From NCBI GenBank assembly GCA_902772845.1, contig CACYCI010000008.1:1-56922 (forward strand): a DNA stretch of 56,922 nt, written 5' to 3'. The stretch is from an uncultured Ruminococcus sp. Its GTDB lineage: Bacteria; Bacillota; Clostridia; Oscillospirales; CAG-382. The translations under genes were made by a program, and so were the position numbers. The number at the start of each line of letters is the position of its first letter. Position 1 is the stretch's first letter. Shown here one piece after another: positions 7,988 to 17,208 of this stretch. Under the pieces are notes generated by a model, which was not told where the DNA came from, made no database searches, and worked only from the letters and a program-made list of their open reading frames with translations.

Positions 7988-9361
7988 CTATGCGCCGTGC
8001 TGAGCGACTTTCGGTTTTGTATCAAAACCGTGGATCCAGTCTGTCTTTTTGTAGTAGGCAAGGAACAGCGCCGAGCTTATAGTCCACGTCAGCGGGTATG
8101 CTATAAACAGCAGCATTATATCGTGGTTTATCTTCATTGCAAACGTGATATACGCGATCCTGTAAACGCACCAGACGGCAAGCATTATCGCCATGGGAAC
8201 GAACGCCTTGCCCGCGCCGCGGCAGATCCCCGCCACGCAGTGCGAAAATGCGAGCAGACAGAAGAAGAACGCCTGTATGTGGCACTGGCGCACGCCTATC
8301 GCCACCACGTCGGGATTCCGGTTGAACGCCGCTATGAAAAGCGGAGCCCCGAAAAATATTATTACGCCTATTATTTCCGCCATCAGCATGGAAGTGATTA
8401 TGCCGAATCGCGACGCCTTCTTTACGCGGTCATATTCGCCCGCGCCGAGGTTTTGCCCAACAAATGTGGTCAGCGCCATGGAAAAGCAGGTTATCGGCAG
8501 AAAAGCGAAGCCCTCTATTTTTGAATACGCGCCGCACGCCGCGACCGCCGTGTCGCCGAACGTATTGATATTTGATTGTACCATTACGTTTGCAAGCGCT
8601 ATGACGGAATTTTGAACGCCGCTCGGCAGTCCGTATTTTATAATGTCGTCTAACATATCGCGGCTGATCTTAAGGGATCTCAGCCGCAGCTGATAGACCG
8701 TCCCCTTGCGAGCAAGGTGGAAAAGGCAGGGTATCACGCTTATCGCCTGCGAAATAGTGGTCGCCAGCGCCGCGGACCACACGCCCCAATCGAACACGGC
8801 TACGAACAAAAGGTCCAGCGCAACGTTCAGCAGGGAAGAAAAAATCAGGTAATACAGCGGACGCTTGCTGTCGCCCAACGCGGTCATAATGCCTTTGCAG
8901 ATGTTGTACATTACAATGGCGATCACGCCTATAAAATAGTAGCGGAAGTATTCTATAGAAAGGGGCAGTATGTTTTCAGGCGTGTTCATCCAGCGCAGTA
9001 TGGTAGGGGTGAACAGCACGCCTATTACTGTCAGTATCGTGCCCGAAATAAGCCCCAGACAGACGTTGGTGTGGATCGCGCGCGAGACTTTGTCGGTTTC
9101 GCCTGCGCCGAAATACTTGGATATCGCCACGCTTGCGCCCATCGAAGTACCCATGAAAAAGCTTATGAGCAAAAATATGAGGTTGCCCGAAGAGCTGACT
9201 GCGGCAAGCGCTTTGTCGTCGATGAAATTACCTACGATGAGCGAATCTATGATATTGTAAAACTGTTGAAACAGTTGACTCAAAAAGACAGGGAAAGCAA
9301 ATTTCAAAAGGACTTTATGTACTTCCCCCCGGGTCATGTTCACGGTGCCGGTAGCTGCCAT
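7988..9361 (-). CDS. MATE family efflux transporter
   Basis: 457 aa with 12 TM helices. The N-terminus ...LLKFAFPVFLSQLFQQFYNIIDSLIVGNFIDDKALAAVSSSG is typical of MATE/NorM. RBS ACGGAG. Confidence 0.9.
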   Translation of the reverse strand: MAATGTVNMTRGEVHKVLLKFAFPVFLSQLFQQFYNIIDSLIVGNFIDDKALAAVSSSGNLIFLLISFFMGTSMGASVAISKYFGAGETDKVSRAIHTNVCLGLISGTILTVIGVLFTPTILRWMNTPENILPLSIEYFRYYFIGVIAIVMYNICKGIMTALGDSKRPLYYLIFSSLLNVALDLLFVAVFDWGVWSAALATTISQAISVIPCLFHLARKGTVYQLRLRSLKISRDMLDDIIKYGLPSGVQNSVIALANVMVQSNINTFGDTAVAACGAYSKIEGFAFLPITCFSMALTTFVGQNLGAGEYDRVKKASRFGIITSMLMAEIIGVIIFFGAPLFIAAFNRNPDVVAIGVRQCHIQAFFFCLLAFSHCVAGICRGAGKAFVPMAIMLAVWCVYRIAYITFAMKINHDIMLLFIAYPLTWTISSALFLAYYKKTDWIHGFDTKPKVAQHGA

Positions 9362-9459
9362 TACAAAACTCCGTATTTAACGTATTTACATTATCATAAT
9401 ATCACTGTTTTTGCCAATAATCAATATATTTCGGCGCTTTATGCAAATAAACCGCGCTA

Positions 9460-9489
9460 TTGACAAACCGCGCGTGTGTATTGTATAAT
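9460..9489 (+). promoter_or_regulatory. sigma-A type promoter heading a roughly 380-nt leader
   Basis: TTGACA (9460-9465), 18 nt, TATAAT (9484-9489). I found no other good promoter between here and the ATG at 9876. Confidence 0.5.
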
Positions 9490-9875
9490 ATTTTGTAAAA
9501 TTTGTTGAAACGCCGCACTTTTGCCTGACGCGCGCGTCGTGCGTCTATAATAACGGTGTTTTATATAAGAAGAATGGGAAAAACGTAAATAAACGACCGT
9601 TTGTCTGACACTTTGTTTCGCGTTTCCGTTCGGCGCGCTGCCTTTCGGGCGCTCACGCATAATGCAAAGCCACCGTTTTCGGGGTGAGGCCGACCCCCGC
9701 CCACGCGAATGCGATCTGTCTGCTCAAAAACGTTCTGTTCTCCGGTGATCATCCGCTTTGGTATTCGGTATAGACTTTTCGCGCAAATCATGCGTTTCCG
9801 CTCACAGAATATACGGGGAACTGAAAACAACGGTTTTTCCCATCGCCGCTTTTGCGGCGCGATAAACTCAGAGTT

Positions 9876-10973
9876 ATGGACAAAAAACAACTTCTCATTT
9901 TAAAATCCGGCCTTCTTTGCCGCGGGATCCGCGTATCGGGACCCGCGCGCGCCGCTTTGATCAAAGAATATCCGCACTTTTTCGACAAAGGTTTTATCGA
10001 CGCGGCGAACATCAGCGTTTGCGGAATGAACGTGTGCGTGAGCGCGGGCGAAAAATTCACGCTTACTTCGCCTTTTTTGCTCGAATACGACCAAAACGGC
10101 TATTTCCTTTGCTATTGCGGCGAACGCGTGCCGGTCTCGTTTTTCGGCGAGCTGCCCGCGACCGGGACTTTTCTAGATTCCATGGCGCGGCTGCATTCCC
10201 CGGGGTGCATAAATATATGGCCGTCTTCGGTCTGCTGTTTCGATACCGAAAGCGGCAAATGCGCGTTCTGCTCGCTCGAACGGACTTCCGCCCGTCCGGT
10301 CGAGCCCGAAAAAATGGCGTCGGCGCTTAGAATACTGCTTTCAAAATGCTCGGGCGCGCTCAATTTCAGCGGCGGAACGTATATTTCGCCAGATAACATG
10401 GCGCGCTACTGGATCGATCTCACCGCCCGCATACGTGCGTTTTCTTCCTGCCCGATAACGGTGGAGCTTGCTCCGCCGCAGGATCTTTCACTGCTCACGT
10501 CGCTGCGCAAGGCGGGCGCGACCGCCTGCATAATGAATCTTGAAGTGGCAAACGAAGAACTTCGCCGCACGGTCTGCCACGGAAAATCAGCCATATCCAA
10601 AACGCACTATTACGCCGCGTTCAAACGCGCTGTCGCCGATTTCGGGTACGGGATGGTATCTTCGGTGCTTATCGCCGGAGTCCAGCCGGCGGCTGACATT
10701 ATCGCCGAATGCCGCGAGCTCGCGGCGATAGGCGTGTACCCCACTATAATGCCGCTTCGGCCGATGGATTCGTGCTCTATGCGCGATACGCCCCCCTGCG
10801 ACCCGGAGGAACTGCTTGAAATGAGCGAAGAACTCGGCGCGATCCTGCGCGAACGCGGGATGGACCCCGATCGCCAGCCGGGCTGCACAAAATGCGGCGG
10901 GTGTTCTCTCGAAAACGACTGCCGGAAATTTTCGGGAACGCATATAAGCTGCGATTTATGCTACGCTAAATAA
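9876..10973 (+). CDS. radical SAM-like Fe-S protein with an atypical cluster motif
   Basis: Contains CCFDTESGKCAFCS (CX7CX2C where CX3CX2C is usual) at nt 10233-10271. The downstream region looks like a TIM barrel (NFSGG, IMNLEV). The C-terminal Cys-rich tail is GCTKCGGCSLENDC...CDLC. The start is uncertain: ATG 9876 has only a weak AGAG RBS, and TTG 9852 is the track start. Confidence 0.7.
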   Translation: MDKKQLLILKSGLLCRGIRVSGPARAALIKEYPHFFDKGFIDAANISVCGMNVCVSAGEKFTLTSPFLLEYDQNGYFLCYCGERVPVSFFGELPATGTFLDSMARLHSPGCINIWPSSVCCFDTESGKCAFCSLERTSARPVEPEKMASALRILLSKCSGALNFSGGTYISPDNMARYWIDLTARIRAFSSCPITVELAPPQDLSLLTSLRKAGATACIMNLEVANEELRRTVCHGKSAISKTHYYAAFKRAVADFGYGMVSSVLIAGVQPAADIIAECRELAAIGVYPTIMPLRPMDSCSMRDTPPCDPEELLEMSEELGAILRERGMDPDRQPGCTKCGGCSLENDCRKFSGTHISCDLCYAK

Positions 10974-10980
10974 AAAAAGA

Positions 10981-11009
10981 AAACGCTTCCACGTTCTGCG
11001 GAAGCGTTT
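10981..11009. terminator. bidirectional stem-loop between convergent genes
   Basis: AAACGCTTCC acgttctgc GGAAGCGTTT, with an A-run before it and TTGCTTT after it. Confidence 0.65.
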
Positions 11010-11017
11010 TTGCTTTA

Positions 11018-11647
11018 TTACGCCTGTTTTGCCAGGTTGTCTTTGATCTTCATCAGACGCACGGTGTTGGAACGTTCGTTATCCTCGAGCTTCATGGTTA
11101 TGAACTTGATCGTCGCCTTCATTTCGGGGATCATGATATATTCCAATGCGTTGACTCTGCGGCGGGTGCGTTCCATTTCGTCGGCGAGCATATCGCACGC
11201 CTTTTCAACGGCCGCAAGCTCATAAAGCTTGGGCATAAGTTCGTTCATGGCGAGATACGCCGAATCGAGCTTTTCCGAAGTGAATGCAAAACCGTAGGTG
11301 ATACCGTGTTCGATCTGCGGCTTGGCTGTGATCTCGGGCACGCGCACGGACATTACGTTCTTTTCTGTGCATTCGGGCGGTGCGCTGTTGGCCGAAATCA
11401 TAAGCGCTTCTTCAAGCGATACTTTACCCATTTCGGCTTCGGCAAGCGACATTTTGCCCATGGCGTCGCCTAACAGCGCTTCTATCTCCTCGCGCAGCTG
11501 CTTGTTGCGGCGGATATAGATCATGAACTGGCGAGCCATTTCGTCCTGTTTGTCTTTTAAGAGCTTATGACCTCTTGCCGCCGTGGAAAGGCGTTTCTTG
11601 GTCTTGGTAAGCTCCATTCTGGTGGGATTGACTGTTGCCACTCTCAC
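11018..11647 (-). CDS. ntpD: V-type ATP synthase subunit D
   Basis: (GTG)[35 protein letters not shown] is a canonical subunit D N-terminus. The start forms a GTGA overlap with the ntpB stop. Confidence 0.93.
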   Translation of the reverse strand: MRVATVNPTRMELTKTKKRLSTAARGHKLLKDKQDEMARQFMIYIRRNKQLREEIEALLGDAMGKMSLAEAEMGKVSLEEALMISANSAPPECTEKNVMSVRVPEITAKPQIEHGITYGFAFTSEKLDSAYLAMNELMPKLYELAAVEKACDMLADEMERTRRRVNALEYIMIPEMKATIKFITMKLEDNERSNTVRLMKIKDNLAKQA

Positions 11648-13026
11648 TCACCTTCCTTACGGGGAAGATACTGTTCGATATATTCGGGATGTATACGTTT
11701 CAGCTCTGTAACGGGAAGATCGGCGAGCAGTTCCCAGCCGATACGCAGCGTATCTTCTATGGAACGGTCGGTCTCGTACCCCTGCGAAACGTATTCTTTT
11801 TCGAACTTGTCGGCAAACGCGGCGTATTTTTTATCCATATCCGAAAGAGCGGATTCGCCCAGCACCACGGCAAGCTCCGCGGCGGTCTTGCCTCTTGCGT
11901 AAGCCGCGAATATCTGGTTCATGGTATCGGGGTGGTCTTCGCGCGTTTTGCCTTTGCCTATACCCTTGTTCTTAAGACGCGAAAGCGAAGGCAGAACGTT
12001 TATGGGCGGTTCAAGGCCTTTCATATACAGCTCGCGCGATAAGATTATCTGACCTTCGGTGATGTATCCGGTAAGGTCGGGTATGGGGTGCGTCTTGTCG
12101 TCTTCAGGCATGGTGAGTATGGGGATCTGCGTGATAGAGCCTTTCTTGCCGTTGATACGTCCTGCTCTTTCGTAAAGTGAAGCGAGGTCGGTGTAAAGGT
12201 AGCCGGGATATCCGCGGCGGCCCGGGACCTCTTTGCGCGCGGCGGAAACTTCGCGCAGCGCTTCGGCGTAGTTTGTGATATCAGTCATTATTACGAGCAC
12301 GTGCATACCGAGCTCGTATGCCAGATATTCCGCGCAGGTGATTGCCATACGCGGGGTAGCTATGCGTTCTACCGCGGGGTCGTCGGCAAGGTTCAAAAAC
12401 AGGACCGAACGCTCGATAGCGCCGGTGCGTTTGAAGTCTTCGCGGAAGAATTCCGCTTCTTCGAACGTTATGCCTATTGCGGCGAAAACGACAGCGAATC
12501 TGTCGTCGGTGCCGCGGACCTTTGCCTGACGCGCTATCTGCGCCGCGAGTTCTGCATGGGGCAGACCTGAGCCCGAGAAGATGGGCAGTTTCTGACCTCT
12601 GACCAGCGTGTTCAAGCCGTCGATGGCGGAAATGCCGGTCTGTATGAATTCGGCGGGGTAATCGCGTGCGGCGGGGTTGATGGGCGTGCCGTTTATATTG
12701 AGCTTAAGATCGGAAATTATCGGCGAGCCGCCGTCTTTGGGACGTCCGACGCCGTCGAATATGCGGCCGATCATATCGGGCGAAACGGAAAGCTCGAGAC
12801 TGTGACCTAAAAAGCGGGCTTTGGAATCGGATATCTGCAGTCCGTGCGCGCCTTCGAAAAGCTGTACGAGCGCGGTGCTGCCTTTTGCTTCAAGCACTTT
12901 GCCCAAACGGACCGAGCCGTCTTTTTCGTGGATCTCGACAAGCTCGTCGTACTTTACGTTTTCGACGCAGTCGACCATCATAAGAGGGCCGACGACTTCT
13001 CTTATGGTCTTATAATCTTTTTTCAT
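11644..13026 (-). CDS. ntpB: V-type ATP synthase subunit B
   Basis: 460 aa, with ...[14 protein letters not shown]... and the [14 protein letters not shown] motif. The start forms an ATGA overlap with the ntpA stop. Confidence 0.95.
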   Translation of the reverse strand: MKKDYKTIREVVGPLMMVDCVENVKYDELVEIHEKDGSVRLGKVLEAKGSTALVQLFEGAHGLQISDSKARFLGHSLELSVSPDMIGRIFDGVGRPKDGGSPIISDLKLNINGTPINPAARDYPAEFIQTGISAIDGLNTLVRGQKLPIFSGSGLPHAELAAQIARQAKVRGTDDRFAVVFAAIGITFEEAEFFREDFKRTGAIERSVLFLNLADDPAVERIATPRMAITCAEYLAYELGMHVLVIMTDITNYAEALREVSAARKEVPGRRGYPGYLYTDLASLYERAGRINGKKGSITQIPILTMPEDDKTHPIPDLTGYITEGQIILSRELYMKGLEPPINVLPSLSRLKNKGIGKGKTREDHPDTMNQIFAAYARGKTAAELAVVLGESALSDMDKKYAAFADKFEKEYVSQGYETDRSIEDTLRIGWELLADLPVTELKRIHPEYIEQYLPRKEGE

Positions 13027-14813
13027 TCCGCGTCAACTCCTTTCAGCCGCTCGAAGAGCGCGTCTATGGATGTGTAAAGATCGTCTATAAAGCTCTGCCA
13101 GGTGGCGTCGGGCTCGTATTTCATACGGGCGATCTGAGTCATAACGGCTTCGTCCATGATCTCCTTGTACGGAGCGCGTTCCTTGAGCGCCTGCTGACCG
13201 CTTTCGTACCATTTCAGTATGGCGCCTATCATTTCGGTCTGTTTCTTAGGCGGCGTGAAACGGTCGACTTCGCGGAACGAGTCCTGCTGCAAAAAGTCTT
13301 CGCGTATCATGCGCGCGCATTCAAAGGTAAGGCGGTCTTTTTCACTCAGCGCGTCAAAGCCGACAAGGCGGACGATCTCGTTGAGTTCGGATTCCTCCTG
13401 CAGAATGCGGCGGACGGAGCCCACGCGGTAGGACCAGTTTTCGTCGAGATTTTCGTCGAAATAGCGGTTTATCTTTTTGTCGTAAAGAGAATAGCTCTTG
13501 AGCCAGTCGATGGCGGGGAAGTGGCGCTGGTAAGCCAGATCAGCCGAAAGACCCCAATACACCTTGACTATGCGCAGCGTCGCCTGTGAAACGGGTTCGC
13601 TGGTGTCGCCGCCTGCCGGCGATACCGCGCCGATCGCGGTGACCGCGCCGCGGCGCTTGTCCTTGCCCAGGCAGACCACGCTGCCCGCGCGTTCGTAGAA
13701 TTCCGCAAGGCGGGTGGAAAGGTATGCGGGGTACCCTTCTTCGCCGGGCATCTCTTCGAGTCGTCCTGACATTTCGCGCAGGGCTTCGGCCCAGCGGGAA
13801 GTGGAGTCGGCTATGATGGCGACCTTGTAGCCCATATCGCGGAAATATTCCGCTATCGTTATGCCGGTGTAAATGGAAGCTTCACGGGCTGCAACGGGCA
13901 TATCCGAAGTGTTTGCTATAAGCACCGTGCGTTTCATAAGCGAAAGCCCGGTCTTCGGGTCCTTGAGTTCGGGGAACTCCTTGAGAACGTCGGTCATTTC
14001 GTTGCCGCGTTCGCCGCAGCCGATGTAAATGATGATATCGGCGTCCGCCCATTTTGCTATGGAATGCTGTATGACTGTTTTACCGGAGCCGAACGGACCG
14101 GGTACGCAGGCAATTCCGCCTTTTGCCACGGGGAAGAGCGTGTCGACCACGCGCTGCCCGGTGACCATTGGCTCGAACGGGTTCATTTTTTCAAAATAAG
14201 GTCTGCGCTTGCGCACCGGCCATTTTTGCATCATGCAAAGGGGGTGTTCGTTGCCTTTGGCGTCTTTGACTACCGCGACGGTATCGGTAACGGTGTATTC
14301 GCCGGAGCTGATCTGCGTTATGGTGCCGGAAACACCGTAGGGGACCATTATACGCTGTGTCACGGCTTCGGTCTCACGGACTTCGCCCAGAATATCGCCC
14401 GCGCTGACTTCGTCGCCTACTGCGGCTTTGGCTTCGAACGCCCATTTTTTATCTCTGTCGAGCTTGGGAACGTCCGATCCGCGGGTGATGCGGTCGCCTT
14501 CGATCTTATAAATGACGTCGAGCGGACGCTCTATACCGTCGAAAATGCCTTCTATAAGCCCGGGGCCCAGTTCAGCCACGAGCTGCTCGCCCGTAAGATA
14601 CACGGGTTCGCCGGGGCCGATGCCCGAAGTGTCTTCATATACCTGTATCGAAGCGAGATCGTCTCTGAGTTCTATTATTTCGCCTATAAGCTTTTGTTCG
14701 CTCACTCGCACGACGTCGTGCAGATGAACGTCACGCATGCCGCTGGCGACTATGAGCGGTCCCGCAACTTTATATATCGTGCCGATGTTTTCGTTTGCTG
14801 CCAAAACAGGCAC
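13023..14813 (-). CDS. ntpA: V-type ATP synthase catalytic subunit A
   Basis: Walker [10 protein letters not shown], plus the [23 protein letters not shown] motif. The start is GTG 14813 or TTG 14804. Confidence 0.95.
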   Translation of the reverse strand: MPVLAANENIGTIYKVAGPLIVASGMRDVHLHDVVRVSEQKLIGEIIELRDDLASIQVYEDTSGIGPGEPVYLTGEQLVAELGPGLIEGIFDGIERPLDVIYKIEGDRITRGSDVPKLDRDKKWAFEAKAAVGDEVSAGDILGEVRETEAVTQRIMVPYGVSGTITQISSGEYTVTDTVAVVKDAKGNEHPLCMMQKWPVRKRRPYFEKMNPFEPMVTGQRVVDTLFPVAKGGIACVPGPFGSGKTVIQHSIAKWADADIIIYIGCGERGNEMTDVLKEFPELKDPKTGLSLMKRTVLIANTSDMPVAAREASIYTGITIAEYFRDMGYKVAIIADSTSRWAEALREMSGRLEEMPGEEGYPAYLSTRLAEFYERAGSVVCLGKDKRRGAVTAIGAVSPAGGDTSEPVSQATLRIVKVYWGLSADLAYQRHFPAIDWLKSYSLYDKKINRYFDENLDENWSYRVGSVRRILQEESELNEIVRLVGFDALSEKDRLTFECARMIREDFLQQDSFREVDRFTPPKKQTEMIGAILKWYESGQQALKERAPYKEIMDEAVMTQIARMKYEPDATWQSFIDDLYTSIDALFERLKGVDAE

Positions 14814-14822
14814 CTGCCTTTC

Positions 14823-15146
14823 TCAATCTTTGTCGAATATGTTTGTTCCTATGGCTTTTTCCATATTGCTGTTTATCTTTTGCATACCGTAGCCGCCCGG
14901 GCCGGAACGTTCCGGAACGGGAAGGATCACGGGGTAAGCTGTATTGCGGTAGCGTTTCAGCTCGTTTTCAAGCTCTTTGGCGTAATTTTCGGTAAGGAAA
15001 ATTATTCCGTAACCTTCTTTTACCAGCTTGTTGACTGCCTTTTCGGCGTCCTTGGCGTTTTCAGCCGAAACTGTTTTAATTCCGGCCGCGGAAAACAGTA
15101 CCACCGAAGAATGGCTGCCGACCGCCGCGGATCTGTATTCACTCAT
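14823..15146 (-). CDS. V-type ATP synthase subunit F
   Basis: I prefer the internal ATG at 15146 (MSEYRSAAVGSHSSVVLFSAAGIKTV...). The gene is about 107 aa and sits between subunits C and A, as in E. hirae ntpG. Confidence 0.85.
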   Translation of the reverse strand: MSEYRSAAVGSHSSVVLFSAAGIKTVSAENAKDAEKAVNKLVKEGYGIIFLTENYAKELENELKRYRNTAYPVILPVPERSGPGGYGMQKINSNMEKAIGTNIFDKD

Positions 15147-15999
15147 CAGTTCCACCTCCGCCAAGAGATTTTTCGGCGAACATAAGCCGCAGCGCCGCCG
15201 CATCGTTTTTCTTCAAAAAGTAGTAGCGCGCTATAAAGCCCATGCCTTCGTCGAAACCCAGCTCGCCAATAACGTTATCGAACGCTTTTGACACTTCGCG
15301 CACGATATCTTCTTCGGCTTTGCCTGCGTCGTTGACCTTTTCCGACTTTTTGTTTTCGGGGAAGAACGCATAAGGGAAGTCGGCCGGGTCTTTGCCCAGG
15401 CGTTTCAGCCGAAGCGCCGTAAGGCGGTTTCTGCCCGCGCCGTATTCTTCAAGCAAACGCGCAAACGTGAACGAAAGTTTCCTGCGCGCCGCGTTCACCG
15501 AATGCATGAGGAACGCCGTATCAATAACGCAGCTCAGCTCTCCCGGATCTGTTATGTTTTCCAAACCGGAAAGCGAAGTTTCAAGGTCTTTGCCGAGCAG
15601 CGAAAAATCCCCGGTCTGCGCGCAGACTTTCAAAAGTTCGGGATCGGTGCCGCCTTCCGCAAGATCAAAGTCCGGCTCTGCCTTGCCCATACGGGCGGCT
15701 TTTATAAGGATCTTCAGATTAAGAGCGTCCTGCTCGAAAAACAGCAGATCCACCAGCTCGCCGTCCGGAGCGTTTTCGCGTATGAACGCCACTGTGGCAG
15801 CCATATCTTTTTCTATCGAATCGACCGCGGAGCATTCGTCGGTGACCGCGGGGAAACCGAACTCCGCAAGCAGCTTTTCAGCGCCGCTGCGGTCCGCGCT
15901 TTTAAGGCGCTGCCACTGTTCCGGGCTGAGCGGCTGGCGTGAAGTCGCTTTGAAACATCCGATGGCGTACTCGTAGGAACGTTTTACGTCGCCGTTCAT
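15139..15999 (-). CDS. ntpC: V-type ATP synthase subunit C (d-type)
   Basis: ATG at 15999 is preceded by GAAGGAG with 7-nt spacing; the track start at 16005 is a TTG. Size and operon position fit subunit C. Confidence 0.85.
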   Translation of the reverse strand: MNGDVKRSYEYAIGCFKATSRQPLSPEQWQRLKSADRSGAEKLLAEFGFPAVTDECSAVDSIEKDMAATVAFIRENAPDGELVDLLFFEQDALNLKILIKAARMGKAEPDFDLAEGGTDPELLKVCAQTGDFSLLGKDLETSLSGLENITDPGELSCVIDTAFLMHSVNAARRKLSFTFARLLEEYGAGRNRLTALRLKRLGKDPADFPYAFFPENKKSEKVNDAGKAEEDIVREVSKAFDNVIGELGFDEGMGFIARYYFLKKNDAAALRLMFAEKSLGGGGTDE

Positions 16000-16001
16000 A
16001 T

Positions 16002-16613
16002 TCAAGCTCCTTCACCGAAAAGCTTGTCCGAAATAGCTTTTTCGTTGTTTGCAAATACTTCTTCCACTATGGCTTCGCTCGAAAGATCTATATCGTATAT
16101 TTCTCCGCGAAGTATCACGCCGCCGGAAATTTCGGCAGGCGTTTCATCAAGCGTTAGCACGGTGTCGGCGCCGGTCAGCTCTGAAAGCCGTTTGGACCAA
16201 AGCTGAAGCACTCTGCCGTCACGGTAAAGATGGAGTTCGTTTTCTGCGGCCGAAACTGTGACTTTGCCCGAAATGCCGGAATTTTCGACATAACGGGTAT
16301 AAAGCAAAAGCTTGTTTTCGGCAGTCTCGCCGTTCAAACGACTCAGCGTTTCGGCTTTTATGCCGTCTATAAGCGTGTGCCTGTGGTCGAGCGTGCGTAT
16401 GCGCTTTTCGAGCGTGGATTGTTGCTTGCCGCGCATCAGCAGAAGGCGGGCTTTTTCATTTTCGTTTTCAATAACGGAATTCGCCTTTGCTTCAGCTTCG
16501 GCAAGTATGCTGTTTTTAAGCTGTTCGGCTTTTGCCGCGGCGGAAGCGCGTATCGCTTCGCATTCGGCAGCCGCTTTTTCTTCTATTTTTTTGATCACGG
16601 TCTCTGCGCCCAT
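16002..16613 (-). CDS. ntpE: V-type ATP synthase subunit E
   Basis: I prefer the internal ATG at 16613 with RBS GGAAGGAG. MGAETVIKKIEEKAAAECEAIRASAAAKAEQLKNSILAEAEAKA is a typical stalk-E coiled coil. Confidence 0.85.
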   Translation of the reverse strand: MGAETVIKKIEEKAAAECEAIRASAAAKAEQLKNSILAEAEAKANSVIENENEKARLLLMRGKQQSTLEKRIRTLDHRHTLIDGIKAETLSRLNGETAENKLLLYTRYVENSGISGKVTVSAAENELHLYRDGRVLQLWSKRLSELTGADTVLTLDETPAEISGGVILRGEIYDIDLSSEAIVEEVFANNEKAISDKLFGEGA

Positions 16614-16653
16614 CGCAAATCTCCTTCCAAAAAAGATACAAGAGCCGCCGTTA

Positions 16654-17208
16654 TCAGCCGACTGCGACGCCGCGGATAAGGAGGATGGAAATAAGGAGAG
16701 CGAGTATGGCGTAGGTTTCGACAAGAGCCGTCATGGTGATACCTTTACCGGAAGCGTCGGGCTGCTTGCCTGTCATGTGTATGGCGGCTACAGCGGCTTT
16801 GCCCTGAGCTATACCGGAAGCGAGACCGACTATTGCCATAGGAACTGCGGCAAAGAAGAGCTGCCAGCCCTGCGTGGTAGTAAGGGTGATAGCGTCGGAG
16901 CCGAGACCGTTGAACTGGATAAGTACGAGTATGGCGGTAAGGAAGCCGTAAATGCCCTGAGTTCCGGGGAGCGCCTGAAGAACGAGCAGTTTACCGAAAA
17001 GATCGGGCTTTTCGGAAGCGACGCCCGCGGCGGCTTTGCCTGCGGCCATTACGCCCAGCGCGGAACCGCAGCCGGCAAGTATGGCGCAAAGAGCTGCGCC
17101 GATGTAAGCAATGACGTTACCGGAAATAGCGCTTGCAGTCTGAGTGACCGCACCGACAGTTTCGGGAATTTCGTCGAGTAATACTTTTGCAGTAGAAATG
17201 AGATCCAT
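16654..17208 (-). CDS. ntpK: V-type ATP synthase proteolipid subunit K (c-ring)
   Basis: Double-hairpin proteolipid. The motifs LQALPGTQGIYGF, GIAQGK and ALVETYAIL closely match E. hirae NtpK. RBS GGAGG. Confidence 0.93.
   Translation of the reverse strand: MDLISTAKVLLDEIPETVGAVTQTASAISGNVIAYIGAALCAILAGCGSALGVMAAGKAAAGVASEKPDLFGKLLVLQALPGTQGIYGFLTAILVLIQFNGLGSDAITLTTTQGWQLFFAAVPMAIVGLASGIAQGKAAVAAIHMTGKQPDASGKGITMTALVETYAILALLISILLIRGVAVG

Noticed and set aside
9490-9875. An attempt to assign the long leader to a known riboswitch or small RNA class (SAM, TPP, cobalamin, T-box, c-di-AMP/ydaO, ZTP, glycine, purine, tmRNA, SRP RNA, 6S).
   Set aside because: I could not find any of the conserved core sequences by eye. 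I therefore assert no class and report the region only as unexplained non-coding sequence.
9709-9903. A 64-aa ORF in the leader of the atypical radical SAM gene, considered as a possible RiPP precursor peptide.
   Set aside because: It has no RBS, it overlaps the radical SAM start, and its composition is basic and Phe/Arg-rich with no leader/core organisation. The enzyme also lacks a recognisable RiPP-recognition element. I keep it only as a remote possibility under the leader finding.
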